Shown: piece by piece, positions 16,701 through 27,042 of the stretch
Position numbering within the stretch: position 1 is the stretch's first letter
How the letters are laid out: the number at the start of each line of letters is the position of its first letter
Virus record (IMG/VR): IMGVR_UViG_3300032233_001072
Location: 1-64,000 of that record
Direction: 5' to 3' (one strand)
From: an uncultured virus (IMG/VR IMGVR_UViG_3300032233_001072)
Taxonomy: Duplodnaviria; Heunggongvirae; Uroviricota; Caudoviricetes
Length of the DNA: 64,000 nucleotides
The notes under the pieces: generated by a model
The model's database searches: none
What the model saw: only the letters and a program-made list of their open reading frames with translations
Told to the model about the DNA's origin: nothing
Program-made: the position numbers and the translations under genes

Positions 16701-17078
16701 TTAGGAGTATTCAGCCTCAGTCAAGAGGTCAATAAAATCATCCAACCTCATCACAACATAAGTTTCACCTAACGCTTTTTCCCCTTTACCCTGTCTCTTC
16801 ACGACTAGGGCTGGTACAGCGTTACCAAGGCGGGTAGCCTGCTCAACGGTGTCGTTAAGCCACTGGCTCAATTGGAACTGCTTTTGGTTCTTACATTGCA
16901 CCGCTACTTTGCGAAGGGTAGAGTGACGGGCAATCCCGTTAATGTCTCCCGTATCGTTACCACCTGATAAAGCAGGACGGTGAGCGTGAATAAAGCCTTT
17001 AGAAATTAAATAATCTCTTACAAGTACCTCAAAGGATGTTCCTTTGGCTTTTGCTTTATTTCCCACGGTACCCTGCAT
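16701..17078 (-). CDS. Hjc-like Holliday junction resolvase
   Basis: KAKGTSFE, DTGDI, VQCKNQK. Confidence 0.85.
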   Translation of the reverse strand: MQGTVGNKAKAKGTSFEVLVRDYLISKGFIHAHRPALSGGNDTGDINGIARHSTLRKVAVQCKNQKQFQLSQWLNDTVEQATRLGNAVPALVVKRQGKGEKALGETYVVMRLDDFIDLLTEAEYS

Positions 17079-17466
17079 CTTCTAATGCCTTTAAACCTTT
17101 GGGAGTAATCGCCCAAACATGTACTTCTACGCCTGCACGACTTTTACGTCTAAGTTCAGTTTCAAAAATATATCCAGCACTTTTAAGGTCTGACACTTTA
17201 TTCCACCAGCCATACGTTTCTCGCCCTTCGGGAATATTTAAATAAACACCAGCCTCATCGGTGGTTAATGTTTTGTTTTCAGCAAAAGCAGCAAGAAACT
17301 CATAATGAATGCTTCCTTCTACAATTTTTATGTTTTTTGGCTTTGGTTTTTTACTAGATACCCCAACCTCTCCCAACAGTAACCTCAGACGTTCAATCTC
17401 GTCAGCGGCTTCTTTACAATCTGCTACTTTAGGCAGTTTGCGTAAACGCTCAACAATATCAACCAT
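17056..17466 (-). CDS. Winged-helix DNA-binding protein
   Basis: DIVERLR..EAADEIERLR N-terminal module; LTTDE..SDL...GYI..T..RR..G....VW. Confidence 0.65.
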   Translation of the reverse strand: MVDIVERLRKLPKVADCKEAADEIERLRLLLGEVGVSSKKPKPKNIKIVEGSIHYEFLAAFAENKTLTTDEAGVYLNIPEGRETYGWWNKVSDLKSAGYIFETELRRKSRAGVEVHVWAITPKGLKALEDAGYRGK

Positions 17467-17806
17467 TTGGGATCATCCTTTTTAGACGCTTGACCTGATG
17501 TTCCAAGTCCTCTATCTGCTTAATCATTGCTTTCCAATCATCACGAAACCTGTTGCGGTCTTCAATAAGTTTTTCTATCTCAATACCTAGGTCACGGTGG
17601 GCTAGTTCTATGTTGCTTCCTTCACTCACTTTTGCTTTTCCTTTTTGTCTGCTTTTTGGATAGTTAACTGTGGCATATCCTTCAAGAATGTTACCTCTCT
17701 CACGCAAACCACGGCAATACGCCATCCATGCTTCTTTAGAGGCTTCATTCATCTCTCCCCATGAGGTAAAGACAATGCCTATCTCGGGGTCACTTCCTAC
17801 TGCCAT
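17459..17806 (-). CDS. Hypothetical protein
   Basis: Packed ORF with a coiled-coil tail. Confidence 0.7.
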   Translation of the reverse strand: MAVGSDPEIGIVFTSWGEMNEASKEAWMAYCRGLRERGNILEGYATVNYPKSRQKGKAKVSEGSNIELAHRDLGIEIEKLIEDRNRFRDDWKAMIKQIEDLEHQVKRLKRMIPNG

Positions 17807-18400
17807 TTAGTCCCCTGAGTAGTTGTTGATGCTGTGTTCTGTGTAGGTGTCCCCGCATGCACAAGTATGCGTATAAAGAATGTTCCAAGTTCCAAGAATC
17901 TTGTTCCTGTCTCCCTGTTCTGTAACTTCGTACTTGTGGAAATGTGTCGTTGCGATGTATTCCATTGCTTCTGCGTGGGTTGCTTTTTCGTTTCGGTAGC
18001 GAAACTGCTCGTACGCTAAAGCATGTGGGGTCGCTAAAACTTCTATAACTTCTGCTATGTGTACATCGGGAAACCGCTGGATTGTACGCAATGCAAAGTT
18101 TTTGATGTCTCCTATAGTGCCAGTAATGTTGGGTTCTCCAAAATAGATGTGAACAAACTCATTCCACTTTTCAGGGCAACTATATGCCATACGCATGAGG
18201 TATTCCAACTGTTGGCGACGGTCAAAACTCAGGAAGTTTGGGTACCGTGAGCCATTCTCTATTTCCCATGAGTGTAAAACGCTGTGGCAAACAGACTGTG
18301 CGTTTTGAACAAGTTTGTTAAACTCACGTTTATCTTCAGGAATAAGGACGGGGAACAAATTGAGCATTTTGTCTAGGTTTAGTTTGGTTTGTGTGTGCAT
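17807..18400 (-). CDS. Hypothetical protein (leaderless)
   Basis: TGG-TACTGT-N6-ATG upstream. Confidence 0.75.
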   Translation of the reverse strand: MHTQTKLNLDKMLNLFPVLIPEDKREFNKLVQNAQSVCHSVLHSWEIENGSRYPNFLSFDRRQQLEYLMRMAYSCPEKWNEFVHIYFGEPNITGTIGDIKNFALRTIQRFPDVHIAEVIEVLATPHALAYEQFRYRNEKATHAEAMEYIATTHFHKYEVTEQGDRNKILGTWNILYTHTCACGDTYTEHSINNYSGD

Positions 18401-18438
18401 GAGTACACAGTACCAACTGGGTGTAACAAAGCAAACCT

Positions 18439-18945
18439 CTACGGCATATATTTTGAATGACGGCGTTCTTGGGGAGCCATAGATATGCGACGGCTGAGTT
18501 CCCGAGAAAGGAGTTGGGCACCACGTTCACAGCGTTCAAATACAGAATCAACCAATTTACGATATGCCCGTGCCTCAAGGTGTTTGTTTTGGTACTTGAT
18601 GACTTCAGGGTCTACGTCACGACGAGCCTTGGCAAGAGTAACGGTGTCGCCTTTGGTGGTGATCCCCCATTGTCCAATAAGTATCTCTGCTTCTACAACC
18701 TTGAGATCATTAGCAGAGCGCTCTTCAATGATCTCTGCCTGCACTAGTTCTGATTTTGCGAAAGACATCCACCCCATGAAAACACGGTAGACCTCCATCA
18801 AACTAGCGTCTGATAACTCGTCTAGGTTCTCCGGAATCTCCGGCATCTCCACTATCGGACGGTTGGGGAGGCTGAAGTTCTCGTTGAACTTCTCCATCGT
18901 TGACTTCGGGCGTGAACTGATCACTCGTCTCGTCTCTAGTTCCAT
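18439..18945 (-). CDS. Coiled-coil protein, possibly a UvsY-like recombination mediator
   Basis: Long helical protein next to recA and the nucleases; GGAG before ATG 18945. Confidence 0.5.
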   Translation of the reverse strand: MELETRRVISSRPKSTMEKFNENFSLPNRPIVEMPEIPENLDELSDASLMEVYRVFMGWMSFAKSELVQAEIIEERSANDLKVVEAEILIGQWGITTKGDTVTLAKARRDVDPEVIKYQNKHLEARAYRKLVDSVFERCERGAQLLSRELSRRISMAPQERRHSKYMP

Positions 18946-19714
18946 AATCTCTCCAGCATGTTTTTGAGTAGGGGCATTGTTTGCATGTTTTGTTTTTTTC
19001 ATCCTCTATCCACGCTGGGCGCATGGGAGGAATACCTGATGCTACGCACTTCTTTACCATTACACAAGCGCTAAGGATAGGTTCCACAAGTTCGGGCATG
19101 AACTTAACAGTGAATTCTTTTACTTCTTGTGTGGCTTTCCACTCATACAGAAAAACTAAATCGTGGATGCCTGTGGCATGCATGTACAGCATCGCTTGAC
19201 GAACGTGCGAAGGAAAAGGTGTGCGAAGTTTCTTCCACATCTCATCGCCGTTGCCATTGCATTCTTTATACAGGTCGTAGTTCTCAAAGCGAAAGGTGCC
19301 GACTCCTAGGCTCTTGATTTCAATGAGCATGTCTTTACCATTGATGTTTACATGCCCGTCTGCGTGACCTAACAGCAAGTGGTCATCGTCTGATATCGGA
19401 AGTTCGGCTTTAACCATTACGCCTGCTTCAGTCAGCCAATCCTGCCATTTACGGTGGATGAGGTGACCTTCTTCAAACACGTTGAGACGTTGAAAAGTAA
19501 ACGACTCATCGTTCTTCTCATAGCCTTTAATGGTGTACCAAGACGAGCGAGGGCACCAGTCCTTCTTACAGATCTCTGAAGGGTGCAGGTGCTCTGTGTC
19601 TCGTGTTGACTTGAGGCGCTTTTCAATGAGCAGTTGATGTACAACTGGTACCAATGTGCCATTGGCTGTTAAAGACTTTTTAAACTCTTGTAGGTACCAC
19701 GGTGTGTCAGTCAT
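18803..19714 (-). CDS. Cas4-like PD-(D/E)XK exonuclease
   Basis: HPSE..CPR, G..IH, GHADG, EIKS, Q..LY, CKQCPY...C. Confidence 0.88.
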   Translation of the reverse strand: MTDTPWYLQEFKKSLTANGTLVPVVHQLLIEKRLKSTRDTEHLHPSEICKKDWCPRSSWYTIKGYEKNDESFTFQRLNVFEEGHLIHRKWQDWLTEAGVMVKAELPISDDDHLLLGHADGHVNINGKDMLIEIKSLGVGTFRFENYDLYKECNGNGDEMWKKLRTPFPSHVRQAMLYMHATGIHDLVFLYEWKATQEVKEFTVKFMPELVEPILSACVMVKKCVASGIPPMRPAWIEDEKNKTCKQCPYSKTCWRDYGTRDETSDQFTPEVNDGEVQRELQPPQPSDSGDAGDSGEPRRVIRR

Positions 19715-20024
19715 CTAAGCCTGCCATTGTGATGAAGTCATCTTCAGGAATGATGACGTAACGACGCCCACCGAGATCAAACTGTAGGACAGGTGTACGG
19801 TCTTCCAAGATGGCTCGCTCACGCAACTCCACTAAGTCAGCGGACTTGATGGTGTAACTCTTCTTGTTGTCGGTGAACTTGTTCTCTAGGAGAAACTCAT
19901 GTGAACGTACATCGTTTTTACGAAGCCATCCTGAACCTGAGCCAGCATTGCGACTGCCTTTGTATAAGTCGGCTGTCCTGACCTCTTGCTTTTTAGAAGT
20001 CTTCATTATTTGGCGTTGGTTCAT
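19707..20024 (-). CDS. Small PD-(D/E)XK nuclease/resolvase
   Basis: GSGSGWLRKNDV...LENKFT. Confidence 0.75.
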   Translation of the reverse strand: MNQRQIMKTSKKQEVRTADLYKGSRNAGSGSGWLRKNDVRSHEFLLENKFTDNKKSYTIKSADLVELRERAILEDRTPVLQFDLGGRRYVIIPEDDFITMAGLDD

Positions 20025-21049
20025 ACTGGTTCGGGAATACCTAACTTGGTGTAGACGTCGTGCTTAATTTCTTTTTGCAACATGATGTCTTCACGAAAAG
20101 CGGCAAGTACTGCATCTTTACCCTGCCACTTTTGTGAACCGTAAGAATAGAACGCACCGGCACGGGTGATGATGTCATATGTAATACCAATGTTCACCAT
20201 GTCTTTGATGACGTCAAAGTCACCAAAACTAAAACCTTGCGACTGTGTGAAGTAGAAGTCAATAGTCGCTACCTTCTGAGGAGGGAACGTCTTGTTCTTA
20301 ATGGTACGTGCCTTGATGGTTTGTCCGACTGTTTCATCTTTGTCTTTCAACCATTCGTCACGCTTTACTTCAACACGAGCAAAGTAATGAAAGTTCTTAG
20401 CCTTACCACCGGGGGTTGTGCGGTTGTCTCCCCACATAACGCCAATTTTCTCACGCCACTGGTTAATGATGATGCCTGTGCATCCACGGTCTTCATCAAT
20501 GAGTGAACGACGCTGTGCTTTAGAAGACTTGCGAAGGAACTTGCCAGTAAGACGAGCGCCTAAACCAACAGTGAACTCTTCCATGAGTTTCTCTGCTTCA
20601 TCGTCAGGTACTAACGCTGGTAGTGAGTCAATGACAATCATGTCTACTGCACGATTAGCCAACGCTTTGATGACAAGATCGTAAACGTGCTCCATGATGT
20701 TTGCTTCAACAACCCACAAACGCTCTAGGTCTACACCGATAGCACGGGCGTACTCAGGTACATACTCTTCAGCGGCTACCCACATCGCAACAAAGTTAGG
20801 ATCTTTAAGTTGATTAGCGGCAATGGTCTTGTAAGCAAGAGCAGTTTTACCTGACGACTCATCACCAATGATTTCACTCCATTGGTTCATAGGCCACCCA
20901 CCACCAAGCATAAGGTCATACGCAAGTACGCCAGTGGTGATACGTGGGAGTTCGTCTTTTACACAGTTGCCTTGGATGATGACACCGTCACCATACTTCT
21001 TGTTTACGGACGCAATAATAGATGCGAGTGATTCACGGGTTGATGACAT
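20021..21049 (-). CDS. recA: RecA recombinase
   Basis: GDESSGKT, VIDSLPAL, INQWREKIGVMWG...TPGG.A. Confidence 0.96.
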   Translation of the reverse strand: MSSTRESLASIIASVNKKYGDGVIIQGNCVKDELPRITTGVLAYDLMLGGGWPMNQWSEIIGDESSGKTALAYKTIAANQLKDPNFVAMWVAAEEYVPEYARAIGVDLERLWVVEANIMEHVYDLVIKALANRAVDMIVIDSLPALVPDDEAEKLMEEFTVGLGARLTGKFLRKSSKAQRRSLIDEDRGCTGIIINQWREKIGVMWGDNRTTPGGKAKNFHYFARVEVKRDEWLKDKDETVGQTIKARTIKNKTFPPQKVATIDFYFTQSQGFSFGDFDVIKDMVNIGITYDIITRAGAFYSYGSQKWQGKDAVLAAFREDIMLQKEIKHDVYTKLGIPEPV

Positions 21050-21057
21050 ATGGTTCC

Positions 21058-21438
21058 TTAACTAATCCATGAGCCTTGGCTGGCTTGGTCATACATACCA
21101 TTCCAACCACACTCATAGCAACGAGGTGCGGGAGAAGCGCCATTGACTGACGTTCCCTGTCCTTTTCCTGTTCGTGTGAATACATACGAACTTCCGCAAT
21201 CAGGACATGATCTATCTTCTTTACGAGCGGCTTCACCGCCGTTTGTCAATCCTCGCTGAAGTGCTTCAGTGAAGTTTTCGGGGGGTGGGCTATTGTCTGA
21301 ACGGCTTGTACGACCTGACGCAGGGTGAGAGGCTTGTTGGGACTGCGGGAACCTAATTGGGACCTCAGTTGGGGGTAATGCAGGCTTAGGTGTCGTTGGG
21401 CGTTCGCCTGCCAGTTTTTTTGACCACCAGTCACTCAT
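21058..21438 (-). CDS. Zn-ribbon hypothetical protein
   Basis: CPDCGS...CYECG. Confidence 0.7.
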   Translation of the reverse strand: MSDWWSKKLAGERPTTPKPALPPTEVPIRFPQSQQASHPASGRTSRSDNSPPPENFTEALQRGLTNGGEAARKEDRSCPDCGSSYVFTRTGKGQGTSVNGASPAPRCYECGWNGMYDQASQGSWIS

Positions 21439-21799
21439 AGTCCTCACTGTCCTCGTCGTCGTCGGAAAAGAAATCTTCTAACATGATAACGACTTTATCG
21501 GAGTCAATCAACTTATTGGTGATAGCAATTCCAAAAACTGTAAGGATTTCTCGCAACTCATCTGAGTTAGATCCCAACTTATCAAAGTGTTTTAAAAACC
21601 TGATAAACCAGTCAGAGCCTTCAACAATCTCTTGGTAAATCTCTGTAGCCACAAAGATGCCCCAGCGAGTCATCACATCAGTTTTTTCAATCTCCTGTAC
21701 CTCTTCAGAAGGTGGGGGGAACCCCATCTCCTGTGCGTAGTACTGCCCTTCAGGGGCAGAGAGCATAAGGTAGAACATTCGTTTATCTATTGCGTTCAT
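21431..21799 (-). CDS. Hypothetical protein
   Basis: TGATG coupling to the polymerase gene; acidic tail. Confidence 0.7.
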   Translation of the reverse strand: MNAIDKRMFYLMLSAPEGQYYAQEMGFPPPSEEVQEIEKTDVMTRWGIFVATEIYQEIVEGSDWFIRFLKHFDKLGSNSDELREILTVFGIAITNKLIDSDKVVIMLEDFFSDDDEDSEDYE

Positions 21800-23883
21800 C
21801 AGCCTTTTGCCTCCGACCATGAGCCAGCGACATCGCAGGAGACCTTTAGAGGCACACCTCTGATGATCTTGCCTTCTCCCATTGCATCAATGAACTTGGG
21901 AATCAGTTCATAAGCGGTTTCTTGAGGCACAGCGGCTACAAGTTCGTCGTGTACCTGTACTAACATGTGGGTGTCCGTTCCTTGTAAATCTTCTGCTACA
22001 GAGATCATAGCCCGTTTACAGATGTCAGCGGCACTTCCTTGAACTACAGCGTTTACGGCTTGGCGCTCTGCACGAGAACGCTTTTCGTCATCAGAAGAGC
22101 GCAGGTCAGGGAGCCTTCTATAGCGCCCTGCCATCGTCTTCACGTACCCCTTTGCTTTGCCTTGCGAGATAACTTGACGCTTCCACTTGGTGATACCTGA
22201 GAACTGCTCGTAGTACTTGTCAATCATGTACTTGGCTTTCTTCTCTTCCAGCCCTGTAGTGCGAGCCAGTTTCATGTACCCACCACCGTAAGCGGTAAGG
22301 AAGTTGGCGCCTTTCCCAATCTGACGTTCTTCAGAAGTAACGTCGTTTACGTCCTTGTCAAACAACAGAGCAGCAGCACCAGCATGAATGTCAATGCCGT
22401 TGGTAAAGATGTTCATCATCTGCTCGTCTTGTGAGTACATAGCCATTACACGCAACTCAATTTGGTCGTAGTCAGCCACCATAAGGGAATAACCCGGAGG
22501 CGGAATAAAAAGACTGCGAACACTGGAGTCTCGTGGGATGTTCTGAAGGTTGGGGTCACTAGATGACAACCGACCTGTGGCTGTGCGGTGCAAGTGAAAC
22601 GACGGGTGCAAACGTCCCTTGTTAAGTTTCGGCAACAGCCCATCAACATAAGTTGATTTAAGTTTCTGCGTTTCAGACCAATCCAACAGAAGTTGAATGG
22701 CTGGGTGATGGTGCGCTAATCGCTTTAACGACTCAGCGTCAGTAGACGGGGAGCCTTTAAGGGTGGTCTTGAAAGGCTTAAGCCCCAAACCACCGTCACG
22801 CTTTTTATTAAACAAAAAGTCTTGCTTGTGCTTGGTGGAGTCAGGGTTGAAACCAATGGGAGCGTACTCAGATAGCGCAAGCAACGTGTCACGCATCTTG
22901 GCGTCCAACTCTTTACCCAACACCTTAAGTTGGCGGGAGTCAACTGGGATGCCGTTGTTCTCCATCTGCATGAGAACACTGAGCACCTGACTGTCCTGCT
23001 GGAACACACGGATCAAGTCTTCTTGATTCTTTATTTGATTCCAAAGGCGGTTGTACAACATCCATGTCCAACGCACGTCAAGGTGCACGTAACGTGTTGC
23101 TGAATCAAATGGAACAATGTCAATAATCTTTCCCAACTTCCCTTCACGGGCGTAAGCGCTGTGCTTGTCGTAGTTGGCGGTAATGAGGTTCTCTAGCGAG
23201 TACGACATCATGTTCTCGTTCAGGCTGTGCTGAAGAATCATGGTGTCCGCATAAGGACCGGGCGGGATCTTCTCGTAGTACTTAGAGATAGAACGAGCGT
23301 CAAACTTTACGTTGTGCCCAATCTTTAATAGGTTGCTAAAGAACAAAGGCTTAAGCGCTTCAAACACAACTGAGCGTGACAACTGCGGAGGCGCAGGGCT
23401 GTACACGGCTGGCTTGTGATAGCGAGCCTTAGCAGTGGACTCCTGTCCACTCTTCAAAACCTTACGGTAGCCATCAGGAGGCACTGTGGTGCCGTCACCG
23501 ATCTCTTCAGGCTCTAGGAGGTAGCCGAGGTTGTGTCCCATTGGGATTGCCCATGAGTGTCCTCGTGTTGCAAGACCGATCCAAAACACTTCATTACGAA
23601 GTGGGTCAAGTGCAAGCATGCTCCTGTATTTAGACTCAATGTTTTCCCGTGCACGCTGAACGATGTCAGGTGAGGGGTTCTTTAATTTGGAAACGTGATG
23701 TTTCCAGTCAGCCTCAATGTGTTCAAGCAAGTCAGGGTGACGGTCAAGTATCCCTCGTGTTTCAACGTCAAATACAAAACAACCCTCTTGTTGAATAACT
23801 GCAATGAGTTCTTTAATTTCTTCTATAGAAGACACAACATGGGGCGCAGAGCGCCCCATGTCATGCGTAATTGGTTCAGTCAC
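21799..23883 (-). CDS. polA: Family A DNA polymerase with 3'-5' exonuclease
   Basis: DVET, HNVKFD, TGRLSSSDPNLQNIP, DYDQIELR, K..NF..AYG, QVHDE. Confidence 0.96.
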   Translation of the reverse strand: MTEPITHDMGRSAPHVVSSIEEIKELIAVIQQEGCFVFDVETRGILDRHPDLLEHIEADWKHHVSKLKNPSPDIVQRARENIESKYRSMLALDPLRNEVFWIGLATRGHSWAIPMGHNLGYLLEPEEIGDGTTVPPDGYRKVLKSGQESTAKARYHKPAVYSPAPPQLSRSVVFEALKPLFFSNLLKIGHNVKFDARSISKYYEKIPPGPYADTMILQHSLNENMMSYSLENLITANYDKHSAYAREGKLGKIIDIVPFDSATRYVHLDVRWTWMLYNRLWNQIKNQEDLIRVFQQDSQVLSVLMQMENNGIPVDSRQLKVLGKELDAKMRDTLLALSEYAPIGFNPDSTKHKQDFLFNKKRDGGLGLKPFKTTLKGSPSTDAESLKRLAHHHPAIQLLLDWSETQKLKSTYVDGLLPKLNKGRLHPSFHLHRTATGRLSSSDPNLQNIPRDSSVRSLFIPPPGYSLMVADYDQIELRVMAMYSQDEQMMNIFTNGIDIHAGAAALLFDKDVNDVTSEERQIGKGANFLTAYGGGYMKLARTTGLEEKKAKYMIDKYYEQFSGITKWKRQVISQGKAKGYVKTMAGRYRRLPDLRSSDDEKRSRAERQAVNAVVQGSAADICKRAMISVAEDLQGTDTHMLVQVHDELVAAVPQETAYELIPKFIDAMGEGKIIRGVPLKVSCDVAGSWSEAKG

Positions 23884-23891
23884 AACTAGTT

Positions 23892-24626
23892 TTAATCTAG
23901 TTCTTCATCAGCAATACGTACAAGATCTTTGCGCTTTGGAATTGCGATGATCTCGTTTGTGTACTTCTCGCTCAACAATGAAGCAAAAGTTTCATCGCTG
24001 ATATAAGAGAGTCCGTACTCTTCAAGGTCACGTTCACGTACCAACTGCAAGTTGGTGACGGTAGTTGTACCTTTACCTGTTTTGGACACTGCCCAGTAGT
24101 GCTTGCCGAGGGGGCCTGTGCGCTCATTGTTGTTGAAGTTCTTCAACTGGTCAATGACTCGTGGACCAATCTCAAATGACTTGAGCACTGGTTCTTCACC
24201 TTCGGAAAGAAGGGCAATGTTGAAAGCAAACCGACTAGAAGGTTTGTTGCCTGCATTGCACAGTGGGCAATCTTCTCCAAGGCAAACAAATGACTTCTGT
24301 CCAGTGCGCTCAATCCAATGCTGACGCCATGAGGCGAATGGAGCATCTTCAATGAACTTGATGATCTGTGGATCGTCAGTCACAGTCAGACGTGAAGCGT
24401 ATGCAGAGTCAGATACCTTTGTCTGCTCTACGCCTGCCCAACCTGAACGTACAACTTTACGAACTTTCGCAGGTGGCAAGTCGTCTTCGTCGTCGTCGTC
24501 GCTGGACTGGGGAGTTGGTGTGGCACGCTTGCGAAGCGTTGGAAGATCTTCATCTTCCTTCGTAATTTTGCGTGCTACTGGCTTTTGGAATTCTTGTTCG
24601 TCGTCTTCAAAGTCGTCAAACGTCAT
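23892..24626 (-). CDS. Single-stranded DNA-binding protein (gp32-like)
   Basis: QHW...SFVC....CPLC; acidic N-terminus; replication context. Confidence 0.7.
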   Translation of the reverse strand: MTFDDFEDDEQEFQKPVARKITKEDEDLPTLRKRATPTPQSSDDDDEDDLPPAKVRKVVRSGWAGVEQTKVSDSAYASRLTVTDDPQIIKFIEDAPFASWRQHWIERTGQKSFVCLGEDCPLCNAGNKPSSRFAFNIALLSEGEEPVLKSFEIGPRVIDQLKNFNNNERTGPLGKHYWAVSKTGKGTTTVTNLQLVRERDLEEYGLSYISDETFASLLSEKYTNEIIAIPKRKDLVRIADEELD

Positions 24627-24642
24627 GGTCTTTGCTTCTTTC

Positions 24643-25074
24643 TTATCTTGGGTAATTGGTTTTGATGTGTTCTTTAAACTGAACCCATTGGGGTTCTTTA
24701 CTGTCTATGCAAAAGCGTTCAACAGCGTCAATCAGGAAATCTACCTGCTCAAGGCTGTAAAGCCTACGTCCTTTTGCAGGTTTTTCTCCAAAGTGCACTC
24801 CGTTGGGAGCAGGCGTACGATACATCGCTTTAGGTATCCAACCATTGGATTCCCACATGCGTATCGTAACTGGCTTCCGCAGAAGTGCTTTTGCTAAACC
24901 ACCAACAGTGAAGAAAGTTTTCTTCTCACCATTGATGGTGTAGGTCTTTGCCTTTGCACCGTTGTAACGGTCGCTGGCTTCAACATATACCGACTTTTGA
25001 TTAGGTCGGTTTTTGGGCGGGCGGGTACCCGGAAAGTCGGGCAAGTCGCCAAACAGTTCCAGTGGGTCTTTCAT
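24643..25074 (-). CDS. MerR-like HTH protein
   Basis: FTVGGLAKAL....TIRMWESNGWIP...RRLYS. Confidence 0.8.
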   Translation of the reverse strand: MKDPLELFGDLPDFPGTRPPKNRPNQKSVYVEASDRYNGAKAKTYTINGEKKTFFTVGGLAKALLRKPVTIRMWESNGWIPKAMYRTPAPNGVHFGEKPAKGRRLYSLEQVDFLIDAVERFCIDSKEPQWVQFKEHIKTNYPR

Positions 25075-25496
25075 ACCTTAAATGCCCATGATTCTTTCTC
25101 TTCGTAAAAGCCTTGCACAACGGGAGCCAACTCTTTGTGCTCCCATGCAAGCGCAAGCATCTTACTTTCACTTAAGACTTCTACAACCTCTTTAACGTCT
25201 TCCCAAAATCCATTTGCTTCTGCCCACTCTTTAGCAGCAGAAGTGTTAAATGAACGAGAGACACGGCGCTCACGCTTTAGTTGCATGCCTTCAATCTCTA
25301 CCCAGCGGTGACCTTTGTCGTCAACGACGCCGTTGGTATCAATGTATGCAGACAGTTCTTTCTTCATTGCATCTTGGCGCTTAGTCAGCGCTTCAATACC
25401 TTCTTTAGACTTTTTGAATTCTTCAGCAAGCCTTTTGATGTACGCAGGGTCTTGTGCTGGTTGGTCTTGTCGTTTGATTACTCGTGGTGTTGTCAT
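25071..25496 (-). CDS. Hypothetical coiled-coil protein
   Basis: Packed ORF with GAGG RBS. Confidence 0.75.
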   Translation of the reverse strand: MTTPRVIKRQDQPAQDPAYIKRLAEEFKKSKEGIEALTKRQDAMKKELSAYIDTNGVVDDKGHRWVEIEGMQLKRERRVSRSFNTSAAKEWAEANGFWEDVKEVVEVLSESKMLALAWEHKELAPVVQGFYEEKESWAFKV

Positions 25497-25497
25497 C

Positions 25498-27042
25498 TCA
25501 TACCTCTGTGTTTGTTAGAAACTCGGAAAGAGATCCGAGGCTCAGTTGGAAGTTACCTTGTGTGTCGTACCCTTTGTCAATAAAGGCTTCGTTAATTTTT
25601 CTTTTTTGCTGAAGCATTTCGTACTGACGTTCCTCTATGGAACCTTTCATTACGAATGAGGTAATAGTAACGTGGGGGTGTACAGATGACAACCTGATTA
25701 TTCGTGCTTCTCGTTGATCCAATTTACCGGCAGACCACGGGAGGTCAAAAGAAATGAGATAGTTGGCTTGGGGCAAGTCAACTCCATACCCTCCGGCGTC
25801 GGAAGATAAAAAGATACGACAATTTGGGTCTGACTGGAATCGTTGTTTAGCGGTGTCTCGTTCTTCTGCACCCATTCCACCCATGAAGAGGACGCTGTCC
25901 GCAATACGTGCAGTTGCGTCCTTGATAAGCCGTAGGTTCTTTTTAAAGAACGAAAATAAAACCACTTTGTTATTTGGGTCTTCATTTAAAACGTCCTTAA
26001 TGTATTCAATTACAGCATCTAATTTTGGGGAAGCCGCATTGGTCGGAAGGATGCCACCTTTAATAACTTTGTCAGCGTACGCACTGCCTTCGTTGGAAGC
26101 AGGGTCGTTGTACAGCGATGCAGATGCTCGTACCAACTCAGCGTTGTCACACAACATACGGAGCACCGTAAGGCGAGCCATGATCTGCCCTTGCGCCTCG
26201 TTGCCATCTTTACCGTTGTAGTGAGACCATAGGTCAAACCCACGACCGTGTTGCGAGATCGCTTTTTGAATCTCTTGCAAAAGGTCTCTAGCAATAACCT
26301 TGTACGCCGATGCGCCTGCCTTGTCAAAAGGCACAGGGATTACTTGACTAATGACTTTAGGCAATTGGTCTGCAATATCTTCTCTTGTCTTACGCACCAT
26401 TGATTCCCCAAGACTGTCATTGAGTTGCTTGAGGTTGCGGTAATGCTTTGGTTTACCAAAATGGTCACGCACAATGAAGGTGCGATCAAAAACGTCAAAC
26501 TTACCAAGGACAGTAGGGTCTACAAACTGCATGATGGAAAACAACTCTTCAGGCTTATTCTCTATCGGTTGTCCTGTTAATGCAAAACGGTAATGGCATT
26601 TACGACTTAAGCGTTTAATTAAACGAGATCGCTTAGCCGATGGAGATTTAATAATGGTTGCTTCATCTATGACCATTGCGTCGTACCCAATTTTTAAGAA
26701 ATACGCCTCGTCTTTAGTAAGCAGTTCAGGGTTAATGATGGTGTAGTGGCAATTGAGAGAAGTGCGCCACAAGGTTGCACGTTCTTTTGGAGTGCCGTCA
26801 ATAACAACAACACGAGACGTCGTAAACTTTTTAATTTCACGCATCCACTGGTATTTGAGGGAAGACGGAACAATTACAAACACACGATCTATTTCTTTTG
26901 TGTCAAGTAACTCTTCTATCGCAGACAATGTCGTAGGTGTCTTGCCCGCACCCATGACCATGGCAAGAAGCATCTGCCCACGGTCAACCATGCGATCTTT
27001 AGCGTCCTCTTGAAAAGGGTACAGAGTGCCTACAAAAGTCAC
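25498..27042 (-). CDS. SNF2-family helicase
   Basis: MGAGKT, IDEAT, LTGQPIEN, GGYGVDL, QREARIIR. Confidence 0.92.
   Translation of the reverse strand: MTFVGTLYPFQEDAKDRMVDRGQMLLAMVMGAGKTPTTLSAIEELLDTKEIDRVFVIVPSSLKYQWMREIKKFTTSRVVVIDGTPKERATLWRTSLNCHYTIINPELLTKDEAYFLKIGYDAMVIDEATIIKSPSAKRSRLIKRLSRKCHYRFALTGQPIENKPEELFSIMQFVDPTVLGKFDVFDRTFIVRDHFGKPKHYRNLKQLNDSLGESMVRKTREDIADQLPKVISQVIPVPFDKAGASAYKVIARDLLQEIQKAISQHGRGFDLWSHYNGKDGNEAQGQIMARLTVLRMLCDNAELVRASASLYNDPASNEGSAYADKVIKGGILPTNAASPKLDAVIEYIKDVLNEDPNNKVVLFSFFKKNLRLIKDATARIADSVLFMGGMGAEERDTAKQRFQSDPNCRIFLSSDAGGYGVDLPQANYLISFDLPWSAGKLDQREARIIRLSSVHPHVTITSFVMKGSIEERQYEMLQQKRKINEAFIDKGYDTQGNFQLSLGSLSEFLTNTEV

Noticed and set aside
18803-19714. 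Cas4 as evidence of CRISPR-Cas
   Set aside because: Solo Cas4-like nucleases beside recA are ordinary phage recombination genes.
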